Source of the DNA: a candidate division WOR-3 bacterium
GTDB lineage: Bacteria; Hydrothermota; Tepidihabitantia; Tepidihabitantales; Tepidihabitantaceae
Direction of reading: 5' to 3'
NCBI GenBank assembly: GCA_026418295.1
Contig: JAOABP010000001.1
Coordinates: 96,094 to 160,093, forward strand
Length of the DNA: 64,000 bases
Shown: positions 41,038 through 50,280 of the stretch, piece after piece
Layout: every line of letters begins with the position of its first letter
Position numbering within the stretch: position 1 is the first letter of the stretch
The notes under the pieces: generated by a model
Database searches by the model: none
Seen by the model: the letters and a program-made list of their open reading frames with translations, nothing else
Told to the model about the DNA's origin: nothing
Program-made: the position numbers and the translations under genes

Positions 41038-41200
41038 AACCCTGCGGTGTCGTGTAGTGCAGTCTCTGAACCCGTAAGACAGGTGGGAGCCTCAGAATGG
41101 TTTCACGCTGCCTTGCGGCGGCACTCCGCCATTCTATCGTAGCCCCCGTTTAACGGGTGTTGGCTCAAGACTCAGCTACTATCACGGACACTGCAGGGAG
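41038..41200 (-). ncRNA. ssrS: 6S RNA (ssrS)
   Basis: Conserved zapA-6S-rny synteny; terminal stem ccctgcagtgtccgtg/cacgacaccgcaggg; cttgagcc...cccacctg...gggttca motifs. Confidence 0.8.
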
Positions 41201-41468
41201 CCTTAATCACTTGATCCAGCTTTTCAATGAGCATGCCGACTCGACGCCGGAGCCATTCCTGCTGGGAACGGCTCTGCTGCAGGTATTCGTCTACCAGATT
41301 CATCGATGCCAGCACCGCAGTCCGGACGGTATTCGGCTGTTGGAACTGGGTGCTGAGTTCTTTCATCTTCCGGTCAACAATTTCAGCGACCTGCAAAACA
41401 TAATCGGCGTCCTGATCGGACCTGATATTGTATTCACTGCCAAAAACACGAACTACAAAATTCTTCAT
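41172..41468 (-). CDS. zapA: Cell division protein ZapA
   Basis: VRVFGSEYNI...VAEIVDRKM...AVLASMNL. Confidence 0.88.
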   Translation of the reverse strand: MKNFVVRVFGSEYNIRSDQDADYVLQVAEIVDRKMKELSTQFQQPNTVRTAVLASMNLVDEYLQQSRSQQEWLRRRVGMLIEKLDQVIKAPCSVRDSS

Positions 41469-41494
41469 TCCGGCTCCCTTTTTAATGATATACT

Positions 41495-41701
41495 TTACAA
41501 CAGGGAATCAATCTTGTCAATGATGGAGTTCAGCTGGTCAATCAGCTTCAGGCGCAATGTTTCCAGTCGGGCAATTTTCTCCTGCAGTTCCCGGTTTTCC
41601 CGGCGGAGCCGGCTGAGCAGTTCCACCGCCTGGTCAATCTTCCTTTCCAGCTCGTTCAGCTGTTCGTTCAGTTTCCGATCGGCAGGAAAGTCGGGTTTCA
41701 T
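41495..41701 (-). CDS. ZapB-like coiled-coil protein
   Basis: LERKIDQAVELL..LRRENREL, upstream of zapA. Confidence 0.65.
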   Translation of the reverse strand: MKPDFPADRKLNEQLNELERKIDQAVELLSRLRRENRELQEKIARLETLRLKLIDQLNSIIDKIDSLL

Positions 41702-41705
41702 CGGC

Positions 41706-42548
41706 TTATCGATGGTAGATCAGGTGCAGACCCGGTACAGGCTGAAGCCAGGATTCCAGTTCAACCGTGGCGTTCGCCCGGTTTACCAGACTGACCTTCA
41801 GCAGGGCAAAGTAACTCTGGTTGTCATGGGGGATGTAGATGCCGATGAGAGCAGGCAGGGCGGTTTCCGGGATAGTGGTATAATTGAAATAGGTGGTGGC
41901 ATTGACTGGAGGCAGGGGTGCATTTTCATCCGTGAGCGGGTTGGTGAGCCAGGTGCTGTCCCAGTTTGCAGTGGGGACAACTCCAGAGGGATCAGACGGT
42001 CCCATAGAGGGGCTGGCAAGGCGGTAGGGACCGCTGGTGCCGGTAGTGAAGTCGGTCAAGTAGAAATGGATGAAAGGGGCATTTTCTGTCTGACGCATAG
42101 AATAAGTACGGGCATAGCCGGAATCCAGATTCCAGCCATATCCGGCATTCCCCGTGCCGTCCAGTTCGGAAATGGATTTCGATGGGGTGTGGAATGGCAC
42201 TGTGCTCAGAAGTGTTGCAGATTTATACTCCGTGCCGGCGAAGATGGCGGAAATCTGGTATCTGCCGGTGATGCCGTGCGGATTGTGGAGAAAACTGGTG
42301 GCGGTGGTGTCGCCAATCTGTGTGAAGGTGGATTCACCTGCTGGACAGAAGTAAATTCGATAACTGTCAGGCATACCTTCAGCAGGTGTTGTCCAGACCA
42401 GCTGGACAGTAGTGTCACTTGCAGCGGCGATCTGCAGGTTTGCCGGCGGACCGCCGATAACCCCGCAGCCAGCCAGCAGCGCAGCCGTGGTGCCTGCGAC
42501 CAGAATCAAACCTGAATAAAAGGCTTTCTTCACACTTGCCTCCTGCAT
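41706..42548 (-). CDS. Lipoprotein with FN3-like domain (paralog of 42666-43478)
   Basis: Lipobox LAG-C; PANLQI...VQLVWTTP..G.PDSY; GNAGYGWN. Confidence 0.7.
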   Translation of the reverse strand: MQEASVKKAFYSGLILVAGTTAALLAGCGVIGGPPANLQIAAASDTTVQLVWTTPAEGMPDSYRIYFCPAGESTFTQIGDTTATSFLHNPHGITGRYQISAIFAGTEYKSATLLSTVPFHTPSKSISELDGTGNAGYGWNLDSGYARTYSMRQTENAPFIHFYLTDFTTGTSGPYRLASPSMGPSDPSGVVPTANWDSTWLTNPLTDENAPLPPVNATTYFNYTTIPETALPALIGIYIPHDNQSYFALLKVSLVNRANATVELESWLQPVPGLHLIYHR

Positions 42549-42619
42549 TTATTAATCAGGCTAATCACAGAAAACCGGTTGTCAAATTAAGACTGGTTAA
42601 GTTTTACCGATGGGATAAT

Positions 42620-42646
42620 AAAAAAGAGCCCCCATTACGGGGGCTC
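42620..42646 (-). terminator. Rho-independent terminator
   Basis: gagccccc-attac-gggggctc with adjacent A-run. Confidence 0.8.
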
Positions 42647-42665
42647 GGTGAATTAAGAACTCGGT

Positions 42666-43478
42666 TCAGTGTTGAATCAGCCGTAGTCCCTTGATAAGCT
42701 GGAACCAGCCGGACACCTGATAGGTTTTGTCCCCAGCGTTGAAGCCGTCGAGTTTGGCGAGAGCATAATAACCGTCCTGAGTGTAAATGCCAGCGAGGAA
42801 CGGTGTCTGGGTGATATCCTGATAGTTGAAATACACAGTGTTGGAATGAGCAGGCAGTGGAGCATTTTCAGCTGTCAGCGGTCCTGCAATGCCATTTACC
42901 CGCCAGGAGCCTGCCGGCACAACATTACCCGGATCGGTCGGACCCTGATCCGGACTGGCGATCGAATAGGTAGTGGTCTGGAAGTCAGTTATGTAGAAAT
43001 CGACATTGGCGGCATTCGCTGCCTGAGTCATCGAGTAGGTTGCACCCGCACCGCTGGTACGATTCCAGCCGTACCCAGAGTTTCCGGCAGCATTGAGTTC
43101 AGCGACTGTAAGTGCTGAAGTGGCTACCGGAACCGTAGATACGGTAGTCAGGCTCTGATATTCCTGAGAGCCGAACATTGCCGCTACCTTGTAGGTGCCG
43201 GTCTTGCCGTTGGGGTTATGGACGAACTGGGTCGTGGTGATGTTATTGGCGATTGTCGTGTAACCTGATGTGCCTGTTTCCTGGAAGTAGACGATGTATT
43301 TATCCGGAGTGCCTTCAGCCGGTGCATTCCAGGTAATTTTGACCGTGGAATCAGTGTCTGCAGTTACCTGCAGTCCGGTGGGTGCACCACCAACGATTGA
43401 ACTGCAGTCCGATCCTATCGAGACAACTCCCAGTACTATCCAAGCAAGGATAGTCAGTATCGGGAGCAGCCTTTTCAT
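42666..43478 (-). CDS. Lipoprotein/secreted protein with FN3-like domain
   Basis: Signal peptide with Cys; PTGLQV...VKITWNAP..G.PDKY; GNSGYGWN; SD AAGGAGG. Confidence 0.7.
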   Translation of the reverse strand: MKRLLPILTILAWIVLGVVSIGSDCSSIVGGAPTGLQVTADTDSTVKITWNAPAEGTPDKYIVYFQETGTSGYTTIANNITTTQFVHNPNGKTGTYKVAAMFGSQEYQSLTTVSTVPVATSALTVAELNAAGNSGYGWNRTSGAGATYSMTQAANAANVDFYITDFQTTTYSIASPDQGPTDPGNVVPAGSWRVNGIAGPLTAENAPLPAHSNTVYFNYQDITQTPFLAGIYTQDGYYALAKLDGFNAGDKTYQVSGWFQLIKGLRLIQH

Positions 43479-43495
43479 TATTCCTCCTTTTTTAG

Positions 43496-43750
43496 TTAAC
43501 GTCCAACCTTTGGCGGTTTGCCAGAAGGCTGTTCTGCCGGCTTAGGCTGAGGAGCCGGGGTAGGAGCCGGAGTTGGTGCCGGCTGGGCCAGTGACTCCGT
43601 TGGAGCCGGTGCCGGTGCAACCGACTCAGGAGCTGGAGCGGTTAATGTGCTTTCGGCCGCTGCCGGTTTGGGTTCCTCGCTCTTTTTGCTCGGACAACCG
43701 AGCACAAACACCAGTGCGATGATTGCACAAGCGGCGATTAGTTTTTTCAC
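43496..43750 (-). CDS. Small Pro/Ala-rich lipoprotein
   Basis: Lipobox VLG-C; PAPT/PAPE repeats; SD AAGGAGG. Confidence 0.7.
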   Translation of the reverse strand: MKKLIAACAIIALVFVLGCPSKKSEEPKPAAAESTLTAPAPESVAPAPAPTESLAQPAPTPAPTPAPQPKPAEQPSGKPPKVGR

Positions 43751-44024
43751 GGTAGTCCTCCTTTTTTATATTTTAATTCGCGGTTGAGAACGCACGCCGC
43801 ATTCTCATTCGCGCCTCAACCTTAACCTAAGGCTTGTTTCAGTCTTAGTGGCAATAATTTTAATATCCGGCGGTTTCTTGTCAAGCAGTTCATTTTTCAT
43901 AATTAAAGCAGGTTAGGTAGGGTAACCTTTAGAAACTTGTTGACAAAAGGCAATTAAGATTTACTATTTTAAGGAAGGAAAGGGGTGGGGTAGAATAAGA
44001 TTTACATAAGCAAAGGAGGTTTGG

Positions 44025-45407
44025 ATGCTGAGGATGTTATTGATGTGGATTCTGGTGTTAGCCGGACTGATGTCTGCTAATCAACCGGCGAGCCAGAACA
44101 GTGCGCTCTTGGGCACCAAGGATGGCGTACCCCTATATATCAATTATCAGGGCTATCTTACTGATGCCAGTGGTAATCCAGTTTCTGCCACACTGTCGAT
44201 GCTTTTTGAAATTTACGATGCGGAAACCGGAGGAAACCGGCTCTGGTGGCAGACGCATTCTTCGGTTCTGGTGCAGCAGGGGGTTTTCAATGTAAAGCTT
44301 CAGCTGCAGGAGAGTGATACTGCCATATTCCGGCTGGGGGAGCGGCGATGGCTGCAATTGACCGTAAGCGGGACGCGGCTTTCTCCCAGAACTGAAATTA
44401 CGAGTATGGCTTACGGTATCCATTCGGCGAAGGCAGACAATGCAGACCAGCTGGATGGGAGGCATGCGGATGAGTTTATTTTCAACAGCACCACCCTGCA
44501 GCCCAATGCCAATTTCTGGATTTCTGGCAGTGGCATCGCTGGCGGACAGTTGCGGGCATCAGCGATCGGAATCGCCAATGGCCCGGCAATCTACGGTACA
44601 AATGCCAACGGGAGAAACTTCGGCGTATGGGGGCACAATTCGAATGATTCTGGGACCGGAGTGGCAGGGAGTGGGAACAATGATACACTCTTTTATCTGC
44701 GCAACGGTTCCGGGGGCGCATTTTCAGCCCGGCGTTTCGGTTTGTTTGCTTATGCCCATGATACAAATGGAACCGGTATCGCAACTATGGGGAACCGGAT
44801 CAGCGATACCGTCTGGACGCTGGCTGCCGGATGCGGTGGTGCGTTTAACGGGACGAGATTCGGAGTTTATGGGTTGGCACGCAATTTGAGCGGTGAGCGG
44901 TGTGGCGGGTTTTTCCGCACCTACGGCGCGGATTCGATCAAGACCTATATTGCCTATAATTACAGCGGGACACGCTACGGTATACTCAGTGACGGGACGA
45001 AATCAACGATTATGGCAACCAGTTCCGGACCGCGGGTGCTTTTCTGTCCGGAGGCACCCCAGCCCTTCTTTGAGGATTTCGGCGAGGCGCAACTCGTTAA
45101 CGGTCATTGTCGGGTGAACCTGGATCCGGTATTTCTGGAGTGTATAACAGTTGATCAAGATCATCCACTCCGGGTCTTTGTCACGCTGACCGATGACTGT
45201 AATGGCGTATATGTGAAAGCGGATGAGACTGGTTTTGATGTGTATGAGTTGAATAACGGCCGGTCGAGCGCCGGGTTTTATTATCGGGTGATCGGATTAA
45301 GGCGCGGAAGCGAGGGTCTGCGATTTCCAGCAGCGCCACCAGCGCTACCAGCGCAGGCAGTGCCGCTCAAGGTTGAGATGAGCACCGAAGCCTCGCCGGA
45401 GCGGTAA
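44025..45407 (+). CDS. Secreted tail-fibre-like protein with Gly-rich beta repeats and a C-terminal chaperone-like domain
   Basis: Signal peptide; INYQGYLTD N-domain; ADNADQLDG; GVxG repeats; EAPQPFFEDFGEAQLVNG...FYYRVIG. Confidence 0.6.
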   Translation: MLRMLLMWILVLAGLMSANQPASQNSALLGTKDGVPLYINYQGYLTDASGNPVSATLSMLFEIYDAETGGNRLWWQTHSSVLVQQGVFNVKLQLQESDTAIFRLGERRWLQLTVSGTRLSPRTEITSMAYGIHSAKADNADQLDGRHADEFIFNSTTLQPNANFWISGSGIAGGQLRASAIGIANGPAIYGTNANGRNFGVWGHNSNDSGTGVAGSGNNDTLFYLRNGSGGAFSARRFGLFAYAHDTNGTGIATMGNRISDTVWTLAAGCGGAFNGTRFGVYGLARNLSGERCGGFFRTYGADSIKTYIAYNYSGTRYGILSDGTKSTIMATSSGPRVLFCPEAPQPFFEDFGEAQLVNGHCRVNLDPVFLECITVDQDHPLRVFVTLTDDCNGVYVKADETGFDVYELNNGRSSAGFYYRVIGLRRGSEGLRFPAAPPALPAQAVPLKVEMSTEASPER

Positions 45408-45434
45408 TCTGACACTCCGGTGATGGAGGTGGGT

Positions 45435-47252
45435 ATGAGGAGAATTTTTCGAATAGGTTTTACGGCACTGGTTCTGCTTGTAAGTTCCGTCGCTTCAGGG
45501 CAAAATTATCGTCTGCCAGAGTGGGTTATTGATGAAGGTGGGGTGCCGGCAAGCGGGGGAAATTACATCGGTTATGGCAGTTTTCACCAGACAACCATCG
45601 GTTATGCGACCGGTGGGAATTTCATTGCCTGGATTGGATACTGGCATCCCCGACCGAGACTGGTCCGTTATGATGTAGCCGCAGTTGAAATCATCGCTCC
45701 AGCCGGAGCAGTTGATACTATTAACCAGGTAACACCTCAAGCCCGGGTGGCAAATCTTGGCAGCAGTGAGGTGAATTTCATGGCGGTTTTTTCGATTCGG
45801 ATCGCGGGCGGCGTAATTCCGATTTATCAGAATGGGAGACCGCTGCATTTAGGACCGGGCAGAGATACAGTTGTTGATTTTGTCCCGGTGCGTCTGCCTT
45901 ATCTCGGTCCGCATATTGCCCGCTGTTCGGTAGCTCTCGCTGGTGATGAAAATCCGGGAAATGATACGGTATCACTTCTGTTCAAGGTTTTAGCACGTCC
46001 TCCATGGCCTGTGGGCTGGCATGAGGTGGAAATGATGCCTACCATACCCAGTGGTCGGGGTGTCAGTTCGGGCGGGTTTCTGGTAGTCGATCGAAGTTCC
46101 GGGCTGATTTACGCAGCAAAAGGAAACAAATGCCGCGATTTTTACCGTTATGACCCGATTAATAACAACTGGGATACACTGGCATCCTGGCCTGACGGCC
46201 GGGAGGGGAAAAAGCCGGATAAAGGGGCGAACGGGTGTTCGGATAACGCCGGGTTTGTGTATGCGGTCAAGGGCAATAATACACTGGGGTTCTGGCGGTA
46301 TAACAGTTTCTATAATGAATGGGAGCAGCTGCCTGATGTACCTTACGAACCGAGCAATCGCAAGATAAAGGGTGGTTCAGATCTGGTATTTGTAATCGAT
46401 GGCGGAATACCTTATGTGTATCTTCTGAAAGGACAGCGAAACGATTTTTGCCGGTATAATACACTGGTGCATCAGTGGGAGGTGCTGAATTCAGCGCCTG
46501 GAATTACCAAATGGGATCGGGGTTCATGGCTGGTTTATGATGGCGATACACGGATTTATGCCCACAAGGCAAAATATCACGAGTTTTACTGCTATGATCT
46601 TACAGTTCACGACTGGCTGCCAACACCCCTAGCCGGGATGCCCTATACCAGTCCCAGACTGCAGACGAGGAAACGTTCCAAAGAGGGGGGATGCGCAACC
46701 TGGGCGTATAATTCAATATTTGCGCTGAAAGGCGGTAATACCTGCGAACTGTGGCGCTATCTGCCTGACGGAGATTCTTGGACAGAAGCAGATACAATTC
46801 CCAGTTTCGGTTCGACTGGTAGAAAGAAGCGGGTGAAAGATGGTGGTGATATTGCCAGTTATGGCGAAGCAGCGCTGTTTGCCTTAAAAGGTAATAAAAC
46901 CTGTGAAGTATGGCGTTATGTACCCGGGCCCGAAATCGTCCAGCCCCAGGTGCCAGCACGCACGGCAGCAATGGGGGAGAGGGTGGATGTCAATAATAAT
47001 AATCCCCGGCTGGTTGTGGTCAATCCGGCAGGTAGTGGCAGAATCAATGTTGCATATGATCTGGGAGACAGGCGAATCGCCAGAATTGAAGTGGTTGATG
47101 TGTCCGGAAGAACCCTAATGCAGCAGATGGTATGCGGACGAACCGGAATTCTCCCTATTCAACTGGGCAGGTTCGGGAAGGGTATCTGTTTTATCCGGTT
47201 ATGCGATCAATCTTCTGTTCTGCTGTCAACTAAACTGATTGTCGTACATTAA
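45435..47252 (+). CDS. Secreted Kelch-repeat beta-propeller protein with Ig-like domain and T9SS-type CTD
   Basis: Repeated YA.KGN.T.E.WRY blades; CTD VVDVSGR...GICFIRL...KLIVVH; SD GGAGG. Confidence 0.75.
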   Translation: MRRIFRIGFTALVLLVSSVASGQNYRLPEWVIDEGGVPASGGNYIGYGSFHQTTIGYATGGNFIAWIGYWHPRPRLVRYDVAAVEIIAPAGAVDTINQVTPQARVANLGSSEVNFMAVFSIRIAGGVIPIYQNGRPLHLGPGRDTVVDFVPVRLPYLGPHIARCSVALAGDENPGNDTVSLLFKVLARPPWPVGWHEVEMMPTIPSGRGVSSGGFLVVDRSSGLIYAAKGNKCRDFYRYDPINNNWDTLASWPDGREGKKPDKGANGCSDNAGFVYAVKGNNTLGFWRYNSFYNEWEQLPDVPYEPSNRKIKGGSDLVFVIDGGIPYVYLLKGQRNDFCRYNTLVHQWEVLNSAPGITKWDRGSWLVYDGDTRIYAHKAKYHEFYCYDLTVHDWLPTPLAGMPYTSPRLQTRKRSKEGGCATWAYNSIFALKGGNTCELWRYLPDGDSWTEADTIPSFGSTGRKKRVKDGGDIASYGEAALFALKGNKTCEVWRYVPGPEIVQPQVPARTAAMGERVDVNNNNPRLVVVNPAGSGRINVAYDLGDRRIARIEVVDVSGRTLMQQMVCGRTGILPIQLGRFGKGICFIRLCDQSSVLLSTKLIVVH

Positions 47253-47258
47253 GAGCAG

Positions 47259-48908
47259 TTAGTCCAGAATCGCCTTCATATCCTCAGCTGGAGTGGTTAT
47301 GGTCATGATATTAAAATTCGACCGGAGAATCTCTACAAGACCGGGTGTTAGAAATGCCGGAAGGGAAGGTCCGAGCCGGATATTTTTCATTCCCAGATAC
47401 AACAGAGTCAATAGAACCGCAACCGCCTTCTGTTCATACCAGGAAAGAACAAGGGAAAGCGGAATTTCGTTCGGACTGGCGTTCAGTTTCTCACTGAGTG
47501 CGGTTATAAACCGGATAGCACTGTAGGAGTCGTTACACTGACCCGCATCCATTAAACGAGGCAGGTTTTCAACCGTGCCGAATTCCAGTTTGTTGAAGCG
47601 GTATTTACCGCAGGCAAGAGTGATGATCAGACAGTCCTGAGGAACCAGCTGGGCAAATTCAGTGTAATAGTTTCTCCCCGGCTTGGCACCATCACAGCCC
47701 CCGATCAGAAACAGGTGACGTAGACGCTGGGATTGAATTAATTCGGCTATTTCGTCGACTCTGCTCAGTAGAGTGTTCCGGCCAAAACCCACAGTAATAA
47801 AATGTTCAGGTCCTTCACTTGTAAATCCGGGCTGTTCCAGTGCTGTTTTGATCAGAGGCGAAAAATCATCACGATGGACATGTACCACTTTAGGCCAGGC
47901 GACAACTCCGGAGGTGAAGATCCGGTCCTTGTAGCTATCCATTGGCCGCTGCAGACAGTTGGTTGTCATCAGGATTGCCCCCGGGAACAGCGGAAATTCT
48001 TTTTGCTGATTTTGCCAGGCAGAGCCAAAGTTGCCGACGAGATGTTTATATGCCTTCAGTTTGGGATAGCCATGAGCAGGCAGCATTTCACCGTGAGTAT
48101 AGATGTTGATGTTTTTATCCTTGGTCTGCTCGAGCAACGCTTCGAGGTCCCGTAAATCGTGTCCGGATACGCAGATCGCCTTACCCCGGACCGGTGTGAC
48201 CCGGACTCGGGTAGGCACCGGGTCACCATAAGTGCCAGTATTTGCTGAATCCAGCAGTTCCATTACCTTCAGATTCAACTTGCCTACCGCCAGTGCACGG
48301 TTGAGCAGTTCGCCGGTGTCAAAGCTGTCGGCGGTCAGGTAATCCAGTAGCTCGTGAAACTGAGCAAAGATCCCGTCATCTTTTTTACCGAGAATTGCAG
48401 CATGATCAGCATAGGCGGAGGCACCTTTCAGTCCGAACAGGATTAAATCCATCAAGTCAGCCTGATCATCGCCAAACCGCCGGTGTCGGGCTTTAATACC
48501 GGCAGGCTCTGCCTGTGCCAACAGTCCATCCAGCGAGGAAGCCGGAGTCCATGCTGCCGGTCCTGCGGGGTTTTCAGGTGTTATCCCCTGTTGCTTGGCT
48601 GTCTGCTCGTAACGCAGACGGATTTTTTCCTTGAGTTCATAAGCCCGATGCAGAAGCTCCTGGAGGCGTTCAGGATCAAAGTCAACATTGGTTATCGTGG
48701 AAAACAGTGCCTCCACAGTAAACAGATTTGTTTCGTCGTCGGTAATACCCAGTCTCCGGGCACGATGGGCGTACTGAGCAATGCCTTTGATGGCATAGGT
48801 CAGCAGATCCTGAAGTGCTGCCGTAACCGGGTCCTTGCCGCAGACCCCCTGAACCGTGCAACCGGTTCCCTTGGCGGTCTGCTCACACTGATAGCAGAAC
48901 ATTTCCAT
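47259..48908 (-). CDS. hcp: Hybrid cluster protein (hydroxylamine reductase)
   Basis: MFCYQCEQT..GC...GVCGK, SGHDL, THGEMLPAH, GGCDG, GQCNDSY, SWYEQKA. Confidence 0.97.
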   Translation of the reverse strand: MEMFCYQCEQTAKGTGCTVQGVCGKDPVTAALQDLLTYAIKGIAQYAHRARRLGITDDETNLFTVEALFSTITNVDFDPERLQELLHRAYELKEKIRLRYEQTAKQQGITPENPAGPAAWTPASSLDGLLAQAEPAGIKARHRRFGDDQADLMDLILFGLKGASAYADHAAILGKKDDGIFAQFHELLDYLTADSFDTGELLNRALAVGKLNLKVMELLDSANTGTYGDPVPTRVRVTPVRGKAICVSGHDLRDLEALLEQTKDKNINIYTHGEMLPAHGYPKLKAYKHLVGNFGSAWQNQQKEFPLFPGAILMTTNCLQRPMDSYKDRIFTSGVVAWPKVVHVHRDDFSPLIKTALEQPGFTSEGPEHFITVGFGRNTLLSRVDEIAELIQSQRLRHLFLIGGCDGAKPGRNYYTEFAQLVPQDCLIITLACGKYRFNKLEFGTVENLPRLMDAGQCNDSYSAIRFITALSEKLNASPNEIPLSLVLSWYEQKAVAVLLTLLYLGMKNIRLGPSLPAFLTPGLVEILRSNFNIMTITTPAEDMKAILD

Positions 48909-48910
48909 TT

Positions 48911-49732
48911 TTACTCCTTAATTTGACCATCAATGTTGATGGTAATTTCCTGAAAGTTGATATTCCTGCTGCTCGCCATGATGGCATTACGTACCAGCTG
49001 CACCAGTCCGAAGCAACAGGGCACCTCCATGTGTAATATAGTAACCGACCTGATATCATTTTCCTGAAAGATACGGGTCAGTTTTTCCTGATAAAAGCGG
49101 GCATCGTCCAGTTTCGGGCAGCCGATCAAAAGTATCCGATTTTTTAGAAATCGCTCATGTAAATCGGGCAGAGCGAAACCGGTACAGTCGGCGGCGATCA
49201 GCAGATTGCTTTGGCTGAGATAAGGTGCATTTACCGGGACGAGCATCAGCTTAATGGGCCAGTTGGTTAATCGTGAATGACGTATCGGTAACTGATTACT
49301 GTTTTCCTCCGAGCTGTTTTCAATCCTCCGAACCTGCGTTCCCGGACAACCACAGGGCAGAGGCGGCAGATTGTCTTCGGGAATTGGTATGTTATGCTCA
49401 CGGAGATAGGTGACTGCCTGTTCATAATACAGCTGGGCGCCATGTTCCTTAAGATGACGTAAATGAGCAGTGATCGTATTAGAACCGCACCTGACGATAT
49501 TTGCCATCACCCGGTTTTCGTCGTAAGGTTCAGCCGGTCGTTCCTCAATAGTTAATGCGCCTTCGGGACAGGTGCCAACACAGGCACCCAGCCCGTCGCA
49601 AAAGAGCTCGGAAACTAACCGTGCCTTGCCATCAATAATCTGGAGGGCGCCTTCGGGACAGTTGGGGATGCACCGGCCGCAGCCGGTGCATTTTTCTTCG
49701 TCAATTCTGATGATTTTACGGACACTGCTCAC
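48911..49732 (-). CDS. 4Fe-4S ferredoxin-domain protein (hcp-associated)
   Basis: CTGCGRCIPNCP, CDGLGACVGTCP, CGCPG, LIAADC, GCPKLD, MEVPCC. Confidence 0.88.
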   Translation of the reverse strand: MSSVRKIIRIDEEKCTGCGRCIPNCPEGALQIIDGKARLVSELFCDGLGACVGTCPEGALTIEERPAEPYDENRVMANIVRCGSNTITAHLRHLKEHGAQLYYEQAVTYLREHNIPIPEDNLPPLPCGCPGTQVRRIENSSEENSNQLPIRHSRLTNWPIKLMLVPVNAPYLSQSNLLIAADCTGFALPDLHERFLKNRILLIGCPKLDDARFYQEKLTRIFQENDIRSVTILHMEVPCCFGLVQLVRNAIMASSRNINFQEITINIDGQIKE

Positions 49733-50147
49733 ATTTCCTCCTAAAGTTAATCTCGACATCCTGTAGAGTTTTTTTCTGCATCTCAGTCCTCACGGTCCGG
49801 TTCAGCTGCCGGAAAAAAAGACCGAGGGGACAGGCGTTTCCCGAACATACCGGCACTGCCAGCGGACAGCTATCAATCTGCAATGGTCCGGAAATCGCTT
49901 CATATATTTCCAGCAGTGAAATTCTGTCAGCAGCGCGGGCAAGTCGATAGCCGCCTTTCGGTCCCGGTTTTCCCTCAACAATTGCTGACTGCTCAAGCCG
50001 GGCCAGAACCTTGGCGAGGTGAGCGGAAGAGACACCAAGTACGCGGGCGATGGTGCCGATAGTCAAGGGTTTTTGACTTCTGGCTAGTAAAAATGCAGCA
50101 TGCAGTGCGAGCCGGGTCGCATCAGAAACATTGAAAAAATCAGCCAT
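49716..50147 (-). CDS. Rrf2 family transcriptional regulator
   Basis: IARVLGVSSAHLAKVL..L, GPKGGYRLA, three C-terminal Cys. Confidence 0.9.
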   Translation of the reverse strand: MADFFNVSDATRLALHAAFLLARSQKPLTIGTIARVLGVSSAHLAKVLARLEQSAIVEGKPGPKGGYRLARAADRISLLEIYEAISGPLQIDSCPLAVPVCSGNACPLGLFFRQLNRTVRTEMQKKTLQDVEINFRRKCEQCP

Positions 50148-50157
50148 AATTGTATTC

Positions 50158-50173
50158 TGGTATAATAATACCA
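50158..50173. promoter_or_regulatory. Candidate Rrf2 operator
   Basis: Perfect inverted repeat TGGTAT-AATA-ATACCA overlapping the -10 of a TTGACA promoter of the Rrf2 operon. Confidence 0.55.
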
Positions 50174-50280
50174 TATTTAAGCGTTTTGTCAATAAAAATT
50201 CAAGTCACGGTATTCAGCAGTCCGGTGGGTTGGGATTTCATTTGCCGGATGACATTTTCTCCGGTATAATAAATATAAAT

